A stretch of 64,000 bases of DNA from positions 226,922,001 to 226,986,000 of the forward strand of contig NC_058368.1 of NCBI RefSeq assembly GCF_018350175.1, given 5' to 3'. This document shows positions 13,260-25,874 of the stretch, piece by piece (position 1 is the first letter of the stretch; the number at the start of each line of letters is the position of its first letter). Under the pieces are notes generated by a model. The model was not told where the DNA came from, searched no databases, and saw only the letters and a list, made by a program, of their open reading frames with translations. This DNA is from Felis catus. Lineage: Eukaryota. The translations under genes were made by a program, and so were the position numbers.

Positions 13260-13290
13260 AAATGAATGAATGAATGAATGAATGAACGAA
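13260..13290. repeat. (GAAT)n, probably an L2 tail
   Basis: aatgaatgaatg run. Confidence 0.8.
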
Positions 13291-13349
13291 CAATTGAATG
13301 AGCATAGTATACAAAGTATTGAAGGGAATCAAAGACCATTCAAAAATTG

Positions 13350-13863
13350 ATACAAGGTATAATCCAACATCAAAAAAACAAACAAACAACCCAACTAAAC
13401 AATAGGCAGAGGTCCTAAATAGACATTTTTCCAAAGAAGACATACAGATGGCCAGCAGGCGTATGAAAAGATGCTCAATATCACTAATCGTCAGGGAAAT
13501 GCAAATCAAAACCACAAGGAAATATCACTTTACACCTATCAGAATGCCTAAAATCAAAAAGGCAAGAAATAACAAGTGTTGGCAAGAACGAAGAGGAAAA
13601 GGAACCCTTGCGCACTGTCGGTGGGAATGCAAATTGGTACAGCTGCTGTGGAAAACAGTATCGAGGCTTCTTAAAAAGTTAACAATAGAAATACCATGTA
13701 TACCGTATGATCCGATAATTTCACTACTATTTACCCAAAAAACGCAAAAACACTAATTCAAAAGGATATATGCACCCTTATATTTATTGCAGCATTATTT
13801 ACAGTAGCCAAGATATGGAAGTAAGCTAAGAGTCTATAAATAGATGAACCAAGAGGGAAGAAG

Positions 13864-13905
<42 letters not shown>

Positions 13906-14400
13906 TATGCAGCCAGAAAAAAGAATGAGATTGTGTCATTTGTCACAACATGGTTGGACCTAGAAGGTATTATGCTAAGTGAAATAAGTCAAATTGAAAA
14001 ATGGGATTTCACTCATTTAAAATCTACTAAATAGAATAGAGCAGTAAGTCATTAAATATAATCTATTAAAAAAAAAACCAACAGCAACTGAATAAAGAAA
14101 CAAAAAACAGAATCAGACCTGTAAACACAGAACAAACTGATGGATGTCAGAGGGGGTGGGCAAAAGGGGTGAAGGGGAGTGGGAGATACAGGCTTCCAGT
14201 TACGAAATGAGTAAGTCATGGGGATAAAATGCCCAACATAAGGAGTATAGTCAAAGATATTGTAACCATATTGTTGCATGGTGACACATGATAGCTACCT
14301 TCGTGGTGAGCATAGAATAATGTTTAAACTTGTGGAATCAGAATGTTGTGCACCTGAAGCGAGTGTAACATTGTGTGTTAACTGCGTTCAAATAAAAGAA
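13350..14400 (+). mobile_element. 5'-truncated L1 (carnivore/L1MA-type): ORF2 C-terminus, 3' UTR and tail; internal (TG)n at about 13865-13902
   Basis: ORF 13448 [28 protein letters not shown]...[10 protein letters not shown] is the L1 ORF2 cysteine-rich end; ends in aaataaaa. Confidence 0.93.
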
Positions 14401-15030
14401 TGAAGTTGATATTAGAAATTCTAAGACTGAACCTGAATAGCTAAGCATTTTATATTACACCTGAAAAAAACTCAAATTAGCTGGGTAAATACAATCTTGT
14501 TACCAATCAACTTTCCTTAAGCTAGACAATATATGTTTAACAAATAGTTTTGCCTGCATCATTCTTTCCGCATTATACTATCTAACCATCTAGAGGGTTC
14601 TCAGCTCTCCTTAGCACACATTTTCTTGTGTGGATGAATTTCCAGAGTTGTAAAACCAACAGAGCTGTGAATGTGTTTAAAAGATAGCTAACTGAAGCTA
14701 TGGTTTCTGGAAATCACTGCAGTGGTATAGGACACTATTTTGAATAGCCTGGGAATATTATGTGACTCACACAAATGAAAGCAAACAGAAGTTACCTTCT
14801 CTCTATTTGCAAGATACCATTCATCTTAATGTGAGGCACCCATCTCACCTTGACATCCACGGAAAGTAATAAAAACTTCTCCCCCTTTTCCCTTAGGCAA
14901 GATTTCTGTCTCCAGTTGGCCCCTTCTAATTTACTCAGATTGCAACACTGAAGAGAGCTCACTCCAAGTGAACCACCTATAAACAAGAGCTGAAGGTGTT
15001 ACTTGACTTTCTGTAAGAAAAACTATCTCA

Positions 15031-15240
15031 GGGCACCTGGGTGGCTCAGTCGGTTCAGCATCCGACTTGGGCTCAGGTCATGATCTCACGGTTTGTGAGT
15101 CCGAACCCCCCCTCCTGCTCTGTGCTGACAGCTCGGAGCCCAAAGCCTGCTTCAGATTCTGTGTCTCCCTCTCTCTCTGCCCCTCCCCTGTTCACACTCT
15201 GTCAATCTCTCTCTCAAAAAACAAACAAACATTTAAAAAC
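15031..15240 (+). mobile_element. Can-SINE
   Basis: gggcacctgggtggctcagtcgg head, CT region, A-rich tail. Confidence 0.93.
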
Positions 15241-18200
15241 CGATTTCCTAACACTATTTTGCGTGAGTTCAGGTAACTTAGCTATTACACTTGGATGATA
15301 GAGTCCTGAGACAAGTTTGAGTTTTACAAGTGGATAGTTAGATAGACAGATGAACCTGTGGGCACTCAGCGATTTTTTGAAAGGCTTGGTCGATTCAATT
15401 TAGTTTAAATGCATTTAATCACTTATTACTATTTAAAGACATTTCATTTTACTAACCTCACCGTCCTCCTTCATTGGGCTGCGGGGCTCTGCTACCTTGT
15501 CCTGATTTTTTCTTCTGAAAACAGGCTCTAAGCTAGTAGCATTGGAAGCTCACTAGGTTATCCAGACAACAGGTCAGAAAGCTGGATCTGAGATTTCTAG
15601 ACTTTTCAGATTTCACTCTGGGATCTCAATCCCACATCACAAGCAAAACTCCTTGATCTGCCGCCTGCTTTTTCACCTTCCCCATTGCCAAATACACCAC
15701 CTCCAGAGGCCAGGAAACCACAGGTATCAAAATAGTGCTGTGGCTGAGAACATAATTGGGTCAGCAGGAGCTGGGAGCGGCCTCTCCTCATACCCGGCAG
15801 TGAGGAGAGAGATCAAAGACCATGAAACATCCAAGTCAAGTCCCCCACCGGGGGGTTTCCTGCACATAACCTTCTTGTTTAAAATAACTCACCTGGGACC
15901 TGTAAAATAGCATTGCTTTTCCTACAAGTGCTTCTCTGAATAGGAGGGGAAAAAACACTGATCTTCAAAGAAAGAAACAGGAAAAATTCTTAGGGCCGAT
16001 GGATGAGTATTCGTAGAAAACTACAAAGGTTTACCAACTAAAGATACATTCTCTACAACAGACATACTTTGGGCAGTTAGTTGGGTTTGAGAGTCGCGTT
16101 ATAAAAACTTCTTTGGGGGAAGCAGACACGTGTTTGGATTACTAGTATTGTCGGTCTTCCTTATCCCCCACCCCCAGGAACCTGCCTGGGGAGTACACCA
16201 GTAGTCCGATGCATGTTTGGCCATGCTACTGTGGTCAGTCCTCTTCCGGCTCTTCTCACGTCCCCAGGTATCAAGACACAAGTTCGCTTCGAAGCACAGA
16301 TTCATTTTCTCCTATGTTGCTTTGTTTCAAACCTGAAAGTTTAGACTATAAGATTGAAAGAAAGAAGCAGTTACGATCAGGAGTGAAACACTCCCTGCTG
16401 AAGGTCACTGACTTCCCTTTACAAAACGAAACAGACAGTCTTACTGATTTCTGCAAGGAAATTGGTATTTATTTTTTCACTCTGACGTGCTCCCTGCGTG
16501 TTTAGCTAGTGCAGTGATAGCTGCACTCACTACTGAAAAGGGTTTGCTCTTCGGTATATCAAAATAAAACATTTTTTTAAGAGGTGGGTGAGGTTAATAG
16601 GGTTTGTCCTGAAAACTGACACTCCCAACACTTTCTATCTGCCAACATCTGCATGCGTTCAGGGTTCCTTTCAAACAAAGGGGTTTCTGATTATAATCCT
16701 GGATTGTTATTGCCATGACTGGTGCAAAAGGGTATTTATTTTTATCCATTTAGTAAAGAAAAATAGTTCCAAGGAAAACTCTAGTTGTGATTCATCATGT
16801 GCTTCGCTACCATGAATACGAAGTGTTTAAAAATTTTTATTTTAAAAACTCACTACCAATAAATTATTCATTGTGCTGCTCTTACCCCTTATTCCGTCCA
16901 CTCCTTTTTTATCTAGAAAATAAGTATTAGTGAGAAGAAAAGCTCCATCAGAGTGCCAAAGCAAGATTGTCCCCATATACATTTATTCGCAGTACTCCTT
17001 TTCGAAGGGTCTTTGTTGCAGGGGGGTATATCTAACTGTCAATCGTTTCATTTGGCAGATTGTTCTTTTTATTCCGATCTGTGTGCCCCGTTACTTTCTT
17101 TAGGTCACACGGGCAGTCAGCATAAGAACATGATTAGAATTTAAATAATCTCATGCCTGTTTCAAAGGCAGTAAGCCCTCCTTTTCTTCCCTAAACAGGA
17201 TGAGTCATTGGACGATGGTCCCATAACACGAGTGGTAACTCTAAAGTAGTGTGCAAGATTTCCTTAGGTCATGTCAGCAAGTAGTTCCAGAAGTGTATCA
17301 TGACCATTCTGAAATGGAAGGATAAAAACAGAAACGAAAACAGTGAATTAACATCAGTTTTCAAATGGGCTACTCTACAAGTATCAGTTTTTGCAGAATC
17401 CATGAATCCAAGAAGAAAAGACCAACTGTCCAAAAGCAGCAGAAACAGAAGATGTGTAACAATAATGGTAATTAGTGATTACCATTTCTAATGAGCCCAG
17501 GTCCAGTCATTTTATAAATCCTAGCAGAAAAAAAAACCTAATCTCTAATAAGGGAACTTCAAGGTCAAGAGCTTAATTGCTTAGATGTTCCATTAGTTAA
17601 CAACACACGATGTTGTCTTCCTTTCCTGACATTTTTTTGCAGACTTATGACATTCTCAGTTCCCTGTCACAAAAGCAAATTTAATCAGTGTCTATCCTTT
17701 CTCAGAGGTGGATAAAAACATCAGAGGTGGGTTTAAAAAAAAAAAAAGATTCTTGAACCTAACCACCTCTAGTGATTTGACATGAAAGGAAATTGGTCAT
17801 TAAAAGCCAATTTCTCAGGGCAGAAGGTCTCTGCTGAAACAGTTTCCTTTTCTGGGTCACCTCAATTAAAAGTTAATTCCTCTGCAATATACCTAGTAGG
17901 CGATAATCCACTCTGGTTTGTAAATTGACGTAAATCTGAACTGATGGTCCCACTTCCTGTGTTCCGAAAAAGGTCAGGGGGACAATTACAATGGCAGCCA
18001 ACTTTGTCTAATCTTTCTATCTTTGGCAGGAAGTTTGAAATAAAAGTTAATTGGGAAAATATAATGCCTGAAAGGTCGTCTGCCAAGATTACATGTAGTC
18101 TAAAGAAAGTCTTGAAACTGGTTCCCTCCACCCTCTCATTCTCAGAGTTTCCTATCACAGTGCACGTTAGGAACTCAAAATAGGAATCACAGTGTCCTAC

Positions 18201-18329
18201 TGACGCACTGAACATCCATTCTATTTTCTAGCCCAGCTGAGATTTCACCCTGTCACAAACACACATCGGTTCTCAGATAACACATATTTTGGTCCAAGTT
18301 CCCATTATATTTTAAAAGATGGTGGGTGG

Positions 18330-19815
18330 GGGTAATGTCAGCAGGATAGTAGACTAGAAAGTTTTGGGCCTTTATTCCCCCCTAGATATATCAATTAAAC
18401 GATTAGAAATGGACTAAAATAACTTCATAGGCACTCTGGGAACCAGTTAAAAACCTACAGAAATCAAGAGGTACCCAATCAGGAAAAAAACACATTCAAA
18501 GTGGTAGGAATTTTCCTTGCCTTTGTCCTACCTCCTACTTGGCAAGATACAGCACGGTTTAGAAGAAGCAGTGGCTTGCTCCCCGATTACCTTCTATGGA
18601 AGAGAGGGAATGGAATAGAGTGAATTTGTGACACGGTAGTCTGCAGGCTCCCTGAGGTATTAGTCTCTGAGTTACCTAATCTTGATTCAGGTGCTCAAAA
18701 GCAGTTGAGGTCTCAAACTAAGGGAAGCTGTGGGAAGCATCAGGCACAGATTGTGAAAACGTCAAGAAGACCACTAATCCACAGATGCCTGTGGTAAGAG
18801 GTTTCTGATTGAGAAATTAAATAGAACATCTGAGGTGCCAAGAATAGGCAGGAGTAAAATTCTAAAGGAAATCAAGGCACTTAAAAGCAACCATGTATAA
18901 GGTAGAATTAGAAAAGCCCACACACACACAAGCCAAGGAAGGAGGCACACCGTGGAAAATCTTAAGAAAACCTTAAGTGTTTGTGCCGCAACGATTAGTG
19001 AAGGTTTCCCCTGAACAGAGACAGTCTGCGAAGACTGAGAAAGGTGGATGTTTTGGCAAAATTAAAAAAAAAAAGTCGTAAGGCGTACAGCGACAGAAGA
19101 AAACATGGTCTGTTAGAGGAAATAAAACAAATCTGTAAAAACCATTTCTGAAGAAACACATGCATTAGACCTCCTTAAAAAAGAATTTAAGACAACTACC
19201 TTAAATATGCCCAAAGGGTTAAAGGAAAACATAAACAAAGAACTAAAGGAAATCAGGAAATGTTATATGAACAAAACGAGAATATCAACAGAAATAGAAA
19301 TCATAAAGAACCAAACGGAAATTAAGGAATTGAAAAATTCAGTACAGGAGTTCAATAACAGATTTGAACAAGCAAAGGAAAGAATCGATGAACTTAAAGA
19401 CAGTTAATTTAAAATTATTGAGTCTAAGAAGTAAAAAGAAAAAAATAATGAAAAATGCAAAAAGCTTGGAGGATTTATGGAACTCCATCAAGCAAACCAA
19501 TATACACATTATGGAAGAAAGGGTCCCAAAGGAAGAGTGAACAAAAGAAAGAATTTATTTGAAAATATAATGGCTAAAAACTTCCCAAATTTGAGGATAT
19601 ACATGGATATACACATAAAGGAAGCTCCACAAACTTCAAGCAGTATAAACCCCCAAACTGCCACCCTACACATTATATTAAAACTGTTGAATATCAAAAA
19701 ATAAGGACAGCATCTTGAAAACCATAAGAGAAAGGTCACATACAAGGAATCCTCAATTACATTACCTTACAAGCCAGAAGACAAGTGAAATGATATATTT
19801 AAAGAACTGAAAGAA
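18330..19815 (+). mobile_element. Old L1: putative 5' UTR plus ORF1
   Basis: ORFs 19207 and 19477 give L1 ORF1 coiled-coil (ELKNSVQEFNNRFEQAKERIDELKD) and RRM-like (LFENIMAKNFPNL) segments; the 5' UTR call is weaker. Confidence 0.8.
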
Positions 19816-20500
19816 AACCATGAGATACCACATCACACCCATTAGAATGGCTATTATAAAGCAAACAAAAACAATAAATGTTGGCCAGAATGTGGAGAAA
19901 TTAGAATTTGTGTGCACTGCTCATGGGAATGTGCAATGATATATAGCTGCTATAAAAAATAGTCTGGTGGTTCCTCAAAGAGCTAAACATAGAATTATCA
20001 TAAAATCTACCAATCCCATGTCAAGGTATATACCCAAAGGCACTGAAAGGAGGGACTCAAACAGACACTTGTACACCAATGTTTATTGTAGCATTATTCA
20101 CAACAGCTGAAAGGTGAAAACAATCCGAGTGTCTATCAACAGTTGAATGGATAAAATGTGTATATGCATACGGTGGAATATTATTCAGTCATAAAAATGC
20201 AGTTCTGATACATTCTACAGTGTGCGTGGACTTTGAAAACATTATGCTGAGCAAAATTAGCCAGATAGAAAAGAATAAATACTGTATGCTAGCTCTTATA
20301 TGAGGTACCAAGAATAGGCAAATTCATAGAGACAGAAAATTACCAGAGACCAAGAGAAGGAGAAATGAGAGTTAAGCATTAATGCTTAATGATTACAGAG
20401 TTCCTGTTTAGGGCAATAAAAAGTTTTGGAAATATATAGTAGTGATGTTTTCACAACATTATGAATATAGCTAATTCTACTTAAACTAGTTACATATGCC
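19816..20500 (+). mobile_element. L1MB-like ORF2 end plus 3' UTR
   Basis: atgagataccacatcacacccattagaatggctatt...ataggcaaattcatagagacagaa...aaaagttttggaaat. Confidence 0.88.
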
Positions 20501-20699
20501 TTAAGGACCACATCCTAGAAGGATGCCAACAGCAAACCCACTATAATAAGGCCGAAAGCCAAGCTCCAAAGCCATTTGCAAATAGAGAGAGTTTGAAGTT
20601 TGAGTGGCCAAATTAGAGGGCCTTGGAAAACACTACTTTTCTTTTTATAGATCTTCCTTAATAAACCATAATGCTAAGCTTATCCAAATTCAAGTTTAA

Positions 20700-21465
20700 T
20701 CAATAAATGATTCATCCACCCAACAGAACAAACATCAGTGTTCTTCAGAGGACAATAATGGACTCTGAAGTTCTATAATGTACCATCCACATTGTCTACA
20801 ACAAAAAATTCTAATTATGCAAAAAAATAAAGAAGATAAGTATGAGTCATAATCAAGAAAAAAGCATCCAACAGAATCAAAGGCAACAATGGACCAGATA
20901 TTGGCCTTAGTAGACAAAACTTGAAAGCACCTATTGTAAGTATGTTTTAAAAATTAAAAGAGGGGTGCCTAGGTGCTTCAGTCAATTAAGCGTCTGACTC
21001 TTTATTTTAGCTCAGGTCATGATCTCACGGTTCATGGGGTTGAACCCTGAGTCATGCTCTGCGCTGACAGTACAGAGCCTGCTTGGGATTCTAACTCTCC
21101 CTGCCCCTCTCCCCCCTCTTGTGCTCTCTTTCTCTCTCTCAAAATAAATAAATAAGCTTTTAAAAAATTAAAATTAAAATTAAAACGTGCTCAAAGAATG
21201 GAAGAAATGCAGTTGTAATGAGTCAACAAATAATCTCAGCAAAGAAATGGAAATTATGAAGAAGAGCCAAGTGGAAATTCTAGAACAGAAAAATTAAAAG
21301 GAATAAAAATTCAAAATCTACTAGACGAGCTCAACAGCAGACTGGAGATAGTAGAAGAGTCAATGAACTTGAAGATACAAATAGAAATCATGCCATCTGA
21401 AGGACACAGAAGATTGGAGGAAAGGAAGAGCATCTTAGGACTTGTGAAACAATGTCTATGATATA
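20700..21465 (+). mobile_element. Second, older L1 ORF1 fragment, interrupted by a SINE
   Basis: aatctcagcaaagaaatggaaattat...gtggaaattctagaac...ctcaacagcagactggag is typical of ORF1. Confidence 0.75.
20962..21165 (+). mobile_element. Older Can-SINE
   Basis: SINE body with gactctt insertion type; flanked by aaaaattaaaa. Confidence 0.92.
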
Positions 21466-21469
21466 AACA

Positions 21470-21840
21470 AAGATGCACTGCCAACATGTCCTTTCAGGGA
21501 CGGTCTTTCAATCCAGCTGTAGGGAATACAGTTGGCATACAGTTTCCAGCTATGCTCTCCTTCAGGGCCTGTCTTACCTACAAAACTCTGTCTTGTCCAA
21601 AATCATTTTGGGTACATCTGGTATACCAGATGACTGAGCAAAGCAGAGGTAAGAGGGCTTGGTCACTTAAATCTAACATGAGCAATATGAACTCCAGAGA
21701 TTCCTACACTTTGGGCTGTGGTTTCTTGGCCTACATCACAGCTTTTCTTCTGTCCTTCTCCCTTCCTTTCACATGGTCCCATCCCACTAGAGATTTTGCA
21801 TTGCAGCATCTACTTTCAGAGAACTCAGCCTGGGAGCTTT
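21470..21840 (+). mobile_element. ERVL-class LTR (LTR16-like)
   Basis: cctttcaggga...ccagctg.....cagct...ccttcaggg and ttctcccttcctttcaca...catctactttcagagaactcagcctg resemble LTR16. Confidence 0.55.
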
Positions 21841-23165
21841 TATACTGACAGTGTTCTAGAAAGCGGTGGATAAGATGAGATTTGGGACATAAGTCACTCA
21901 TTGTTCGGATGGACATAAGGGTCCTAAACTGATGCACGGAGGAGGACAGACAGCTCTGGACACAAGGGGATGTTCGAATGCTGAACTTTCAGCGGGAGTA
22001 AACGGGGATGATTTGCTGTTGGAAGGCAACGCACGAGAGGATGCAGCACAAGCATCAGGCTTATCAGAATTTTCAGATTCATGGAAAATATAGATTAAAA
22101 AAACATTGAGATCAGATGGCTGTTGTTAAGTCGTGTTGGTGCTATACAACAATAGGACCAAAAACTGAGAGATCATAATAGGCAATGAAGGCCTCTTACA
22201 AAGAAGTTTTATCCCCTGTAGCAGCAAAGTAGAGAATGTAAGAGGATCAAGACCAGTAATTAAGAGTTCGAGTGGCTAAAATTCAAAGGTTTTTACATTC
22301 CCAACTAAGTAACCTCTGAGAAGCCAGGGTTGGAGCTCTCGTGATGAAACCCATGGCTTGGACCCATCTAGTGAGCACTCCCAAAGAGCTGATTCTCTCG
22401 ACTTCTCTGAAACTTCTCAAAATGCATGAACTCTGCAGGGTTCCCTAGGAAGAGTTAGCCTTGTATCTCGTGCTGAAAAGAAAACAAACACCTCTCCCTT
22501 CAATAGGTTTTCCACTCAGAATTTACCTCTACCTCACATCTTGGCCATTCAGCCCATAAGGTTAAATCATAGGAAAGTGTAGGGGCACCCGGATGGCTCT
22601 GTCGGTTAAGCGTCTGACTCTTGATTTGTGCTCAGGTCACGATCTCACAATCAGTGGGATCAAGCCCCACATCAGGCTCTGCACTGACAGCACAGATGCT
22701 GCTTGAGATTCTCTCTCTCCCTCTTCCTCTCCCCCTTCCCCCGCCCTCTCTCTAAAAATGAATAATTAAACATGAAAAACGTTTTAAAAATCATAGGAAA
22801 GCTCAGCTGTGCATGTACTAAGACTGGTAAAGAAGAAGCTGACTACATTTAAAGGAGCTGAAAGATTTAGCTGGTTAGTATTGGCCAGAACTAGAGGGAA
22901 TATGTATGGTACCAGATTCTGAGGGTGCTGAATGTGATGATGAGAACTGGGACACAAAACAGGAGAGGACTGACCTGGGAATGCTCTCCTGAGATGCCAT
23001 ATGGTCCTGGCAAGGGCCATAGGAGATGAGGCAAACTTGCAGGAAGGACGGCCCTTAGCAGCAGGAAAGAAGCAATGGCCCTCACTGAGCAAAGTCTAAA
23101 TACCAGAATTGCCACAGAAGACGGTAGAAAGAGGATTAACAGGCTCAAGATGGTAGGCATGCTTA
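21841..23165 (+). mobile_element. ERVL/MaLR internal (gag-like) remnant
   Basis: aaaggagctgaaagatttagct...ggaatatgtatgg..ccagattctgagggtgctg corresponds to the ERVL gag-like EL.DLA..Y....GEY.W..ILRVL motif. Confidence 0.65.
22582..22787 (+). mobile_element. Older Can-SINE inside the ERVL internal sequence
   Basis: TSD aaatcataggaaag at 22564-22577 and 22788-22801. Confidence 0.92.
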
Positions 23166-23171
23166 AACATG

Positions 23172-24132
23172 AGTACTGAAACCATGAAAATCCTAGAAAA
23201 GAATACAGGCAGTAATTTCTCTGGCGTTGGCCATAGCAACTTCTATCTAGGTATGTCTCATGAGGCGAGGGAAACAAAACCCAAAATAAACTATTGAAAC
23301 TACATCAAAATAAAAAGCTTCTGCATAGTGAAGCAAACAATCAACAAACCTAAAAGCCCATAGAATGGGAGAAGATATTTGCAAAGGATATATCAGCTAA
23401 AAGACTAGTATCCAAGATAGAAAAAGAACTTACAAAACTCAACACCCCCAAAACCCCAAGTAATCCAATTAAAAATGGGAAGAAGACATGAATAGACCTT
23501 TTTCCAAAGAAGACACACAGATGGCCAACAGACTCATGAAAAGATCACTCATCATCAGGGAAACGCAAATCAAAGCTACAGTGAGATATCACCTCACACA
23601 TATCAGAATGGCTAATATCAAAGACACAAGAAACTACAGGTGTTGGTGAAGATATGGAGGAAAAGGAACCCTCTTGCACTGTTGGTGGGAACGCAAACCG
23701 GTGCAGCCACTGTGGAAAATGGTATGGAGGTTCCTCAAAAAGTTAAAAATAGAACTACCTTATGATCCAGCAATCGCACTACTGAGTACCCAAAGAATAT
23801 AAGAACACTAATTCAAAGGGATACATGCATTCTGATGTTTATAGCATCATTATTTATAATAGCCAAATCATGGAAGGACCCCAAGTGAGCATCAATTGGT
23901 GAATGGATAAAGAAGACGCAATATATAGAGATTATATATATTATATAGAATATATATATGTAACATATAATATATATAATATAGATTTATATATATAGAT
24001 TATATATAATCTCTATCTATATATTATATATTACATATATATGCATTGTGTGTGTGTGTGTGTGTGCACGCACACACAGAGAACGGAATATTATTCAGCC
24101 ATAAGACAGAATGAAATTGTGCCATTTGCAAG
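23172..24132 (+). mobile_element. Carnivore L1 ORF2 3' fragment
   Basis: aaaatcctagaa..gaa.acaggcagtaa, aaaagcttctgca, ttttccaaagaagac, gaatgaaattgtgccatttgca. Confidence 0.93.
23921..24077. repeat. AT-rich degenerate (TA)n followed by (TG)n/(CA)n inside L1
   Basis: Directly visible low-complexity sequence. Confidence 0.92.
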
Positions 24133-24221
24133 ATTAAAAGAAAAGAAAATGGATAATCTGAATAGATACATATGTATATTGGGAAAAGTTGCCACATGAT
24201 CAGTTTCTACCAGAAACACCA

Positions 24222-24463
24222 GGGGATTCACCTCATTAGAAGAGGAAGAGGTACCAGAAATGTATGCCCAGAAAAAAAGCCAAGCAAGGGCACAGCAAGA
24301 AGACAGCCATCTGCAGGCGTAGGAGAGAGGCCGCAGGAGACACTACGCCTGCCAACACCTTGATCTTGGACTTCCAGCATCCAGAACAGTGAGAAAGTAA
24401 ATTTCTGTTGTTTCAGCCACACAGTATGTGGTATTTTGTTACAGCAGTCCTAGCGGACTAAGA
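24222..24463 (+). mobile_element. MaLR LTR 3' part (MLT1A/B-like)
   Basis: acaccttgatcttggacttccagc.tccagaac.gtgagaaa.taaatttctgttgttt.agccac...gactaaga. Confidence 0.88.
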
Positions 24464-24479
24464 TGACACTCAACTCTGC

Positions 24480-24966
24480 CCCCAGCGGTTCAGGGAGGAC
24501 TGATGCTAATCTCACTTCCGCGATTCAAATTATGGGCAGGTAACCACCCATACCTACCCAAATCATAAAATCTCACCCCAGGCCTCAGAGATCGGTTCAG
24601 AGTCGAGCATTTAACCGAAGTCAGGCCAATCAGAGAGTCTCAGGTTGCAATGCTGGAACTCTGAGCGAAGGGGCACGATTTCTCCTCTGAATTTGCTTAG
24701 CTGATAGAATGTAAGCCTATAGCTTCTAGGATTCATGTGGTCCACCATGAAGAAAACGGCTTTCTGAGAACGAAGCTAAGACAGAGAAAGCAGAGCCAGG
24801 AGAGAGAGATCAGTTCCAGACATCAATGTGTTAACATCTGGCTGTGGCCTTGCCTGATATTATCTACCCTAGACTTGGTGTTTTGCGAGCCAACACATCT
24901 CCCGTGGTCAAGACACTTTGAGTCAGGTTTCTTTCACTCACAACCAAAAAAATCCTGACCAAAGCA
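24480..24966 (+). mobile_element. Old MaLR LTR (MLT1K/L-like)
   Basis: ggccaatcagag, acagagaaagcagagcc, tttgagtcaggtttct.tcact..caacc...aatcctgac. Confidence 0.7.
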
Positions 24967-25659
24967 GGAGCCTGATTCTTCTTTTACTATGTAAATATTA
25001 GCATGTGATTTGATACTCTCCAGAAAAGCAGCCATATGTTATTTAAATATTGGTAGCAATTATTTGCCTTTAAGTAAAACATTTCTTTAACGTGCGTTGT
25101 AAACCTTTCCTTTTTTTAAATCTCTCATACGTTGTCAAGTGTTTTGCCTAAACCCACGGGCTACACCTGTCCTGTTCCTGAAAACATGCCGCGTTTCAAA
25201 GGTGAGGCGTTCAGTTTCCCAGAATTCCTCCCCAGTCGCATGTCAGAGCTCATCAGGCTCCCGCAGCACCTTTGCTCAGCTGTTTCCCCGGAGAGGTGCA
25301 GGAGGGCTGTAGCCACTGGGTTTCCCGAGAGGAAACATCCAAGAGGAGCTAAGGCTGCAAGATGAAACCATCATCATTTCTCTCCTCTGAGTGACATAAC
25401 CCACCGGGCGTCACTCCTTAGTAAAGCGTTGGAAGCTCGTTTTCTTACTTGGAGGAAGAGATTTCACTTTGGATCGACCTGAAACAGAGAAGGGCTGCTT
25501 TTTTCAGGAAAATGCTGCAGGATGGCCACTCGTGGGTTCCTCCTGCTCCTTCTGTGGCAGAAAAAGCGCGTTTCTTGAATAAGGCAAGTCTTGGTAGACA
25601 CCTTTTACCGTCAACTCTGCAGCCTTCTGTGAGTATATCTGGAGTGTCCTCTGAATATA

Positions 25660-25874
25660 GGGCACCTGGGTGGCGCAGTCGGTTAAGCGTCCGACTTCAG
25701 CCAGGTCGTGATCTCGCGGTCCGTGGGTTCGAGCCCCGCGTCGGGCTCTGGGCTGATGGCTCAGAGCCTGGAGCCTGTTTCCCATTCTGTGTCTCCCTCT
25801 CTCTCTGCCCCTCCCCCGTTCATGCTCTGTCTCTCTCTGTCCCAAAAATAAATAAAAGTTGAAAAAAAAATTTT
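25660..25874 (+). mobile_element. Young felid Can-SINE
   Basis: Near-consensus; TSD tgaatatag at 25652-25660 and 25875-25883. Confidence 0.96.

Noticed and set aside
13448..13756. 102-aa ORF with L1 ORF2 similarity
   Set aside because: Fragment of a 5'-truncated dead L1, not an independent CDS
17199..17234. 36-nt in-frame micro-exon candidate (DESLDDGPITRV)
   Set aside because: Weak donor (GTAACT), unrecognised peptide, expected by chance
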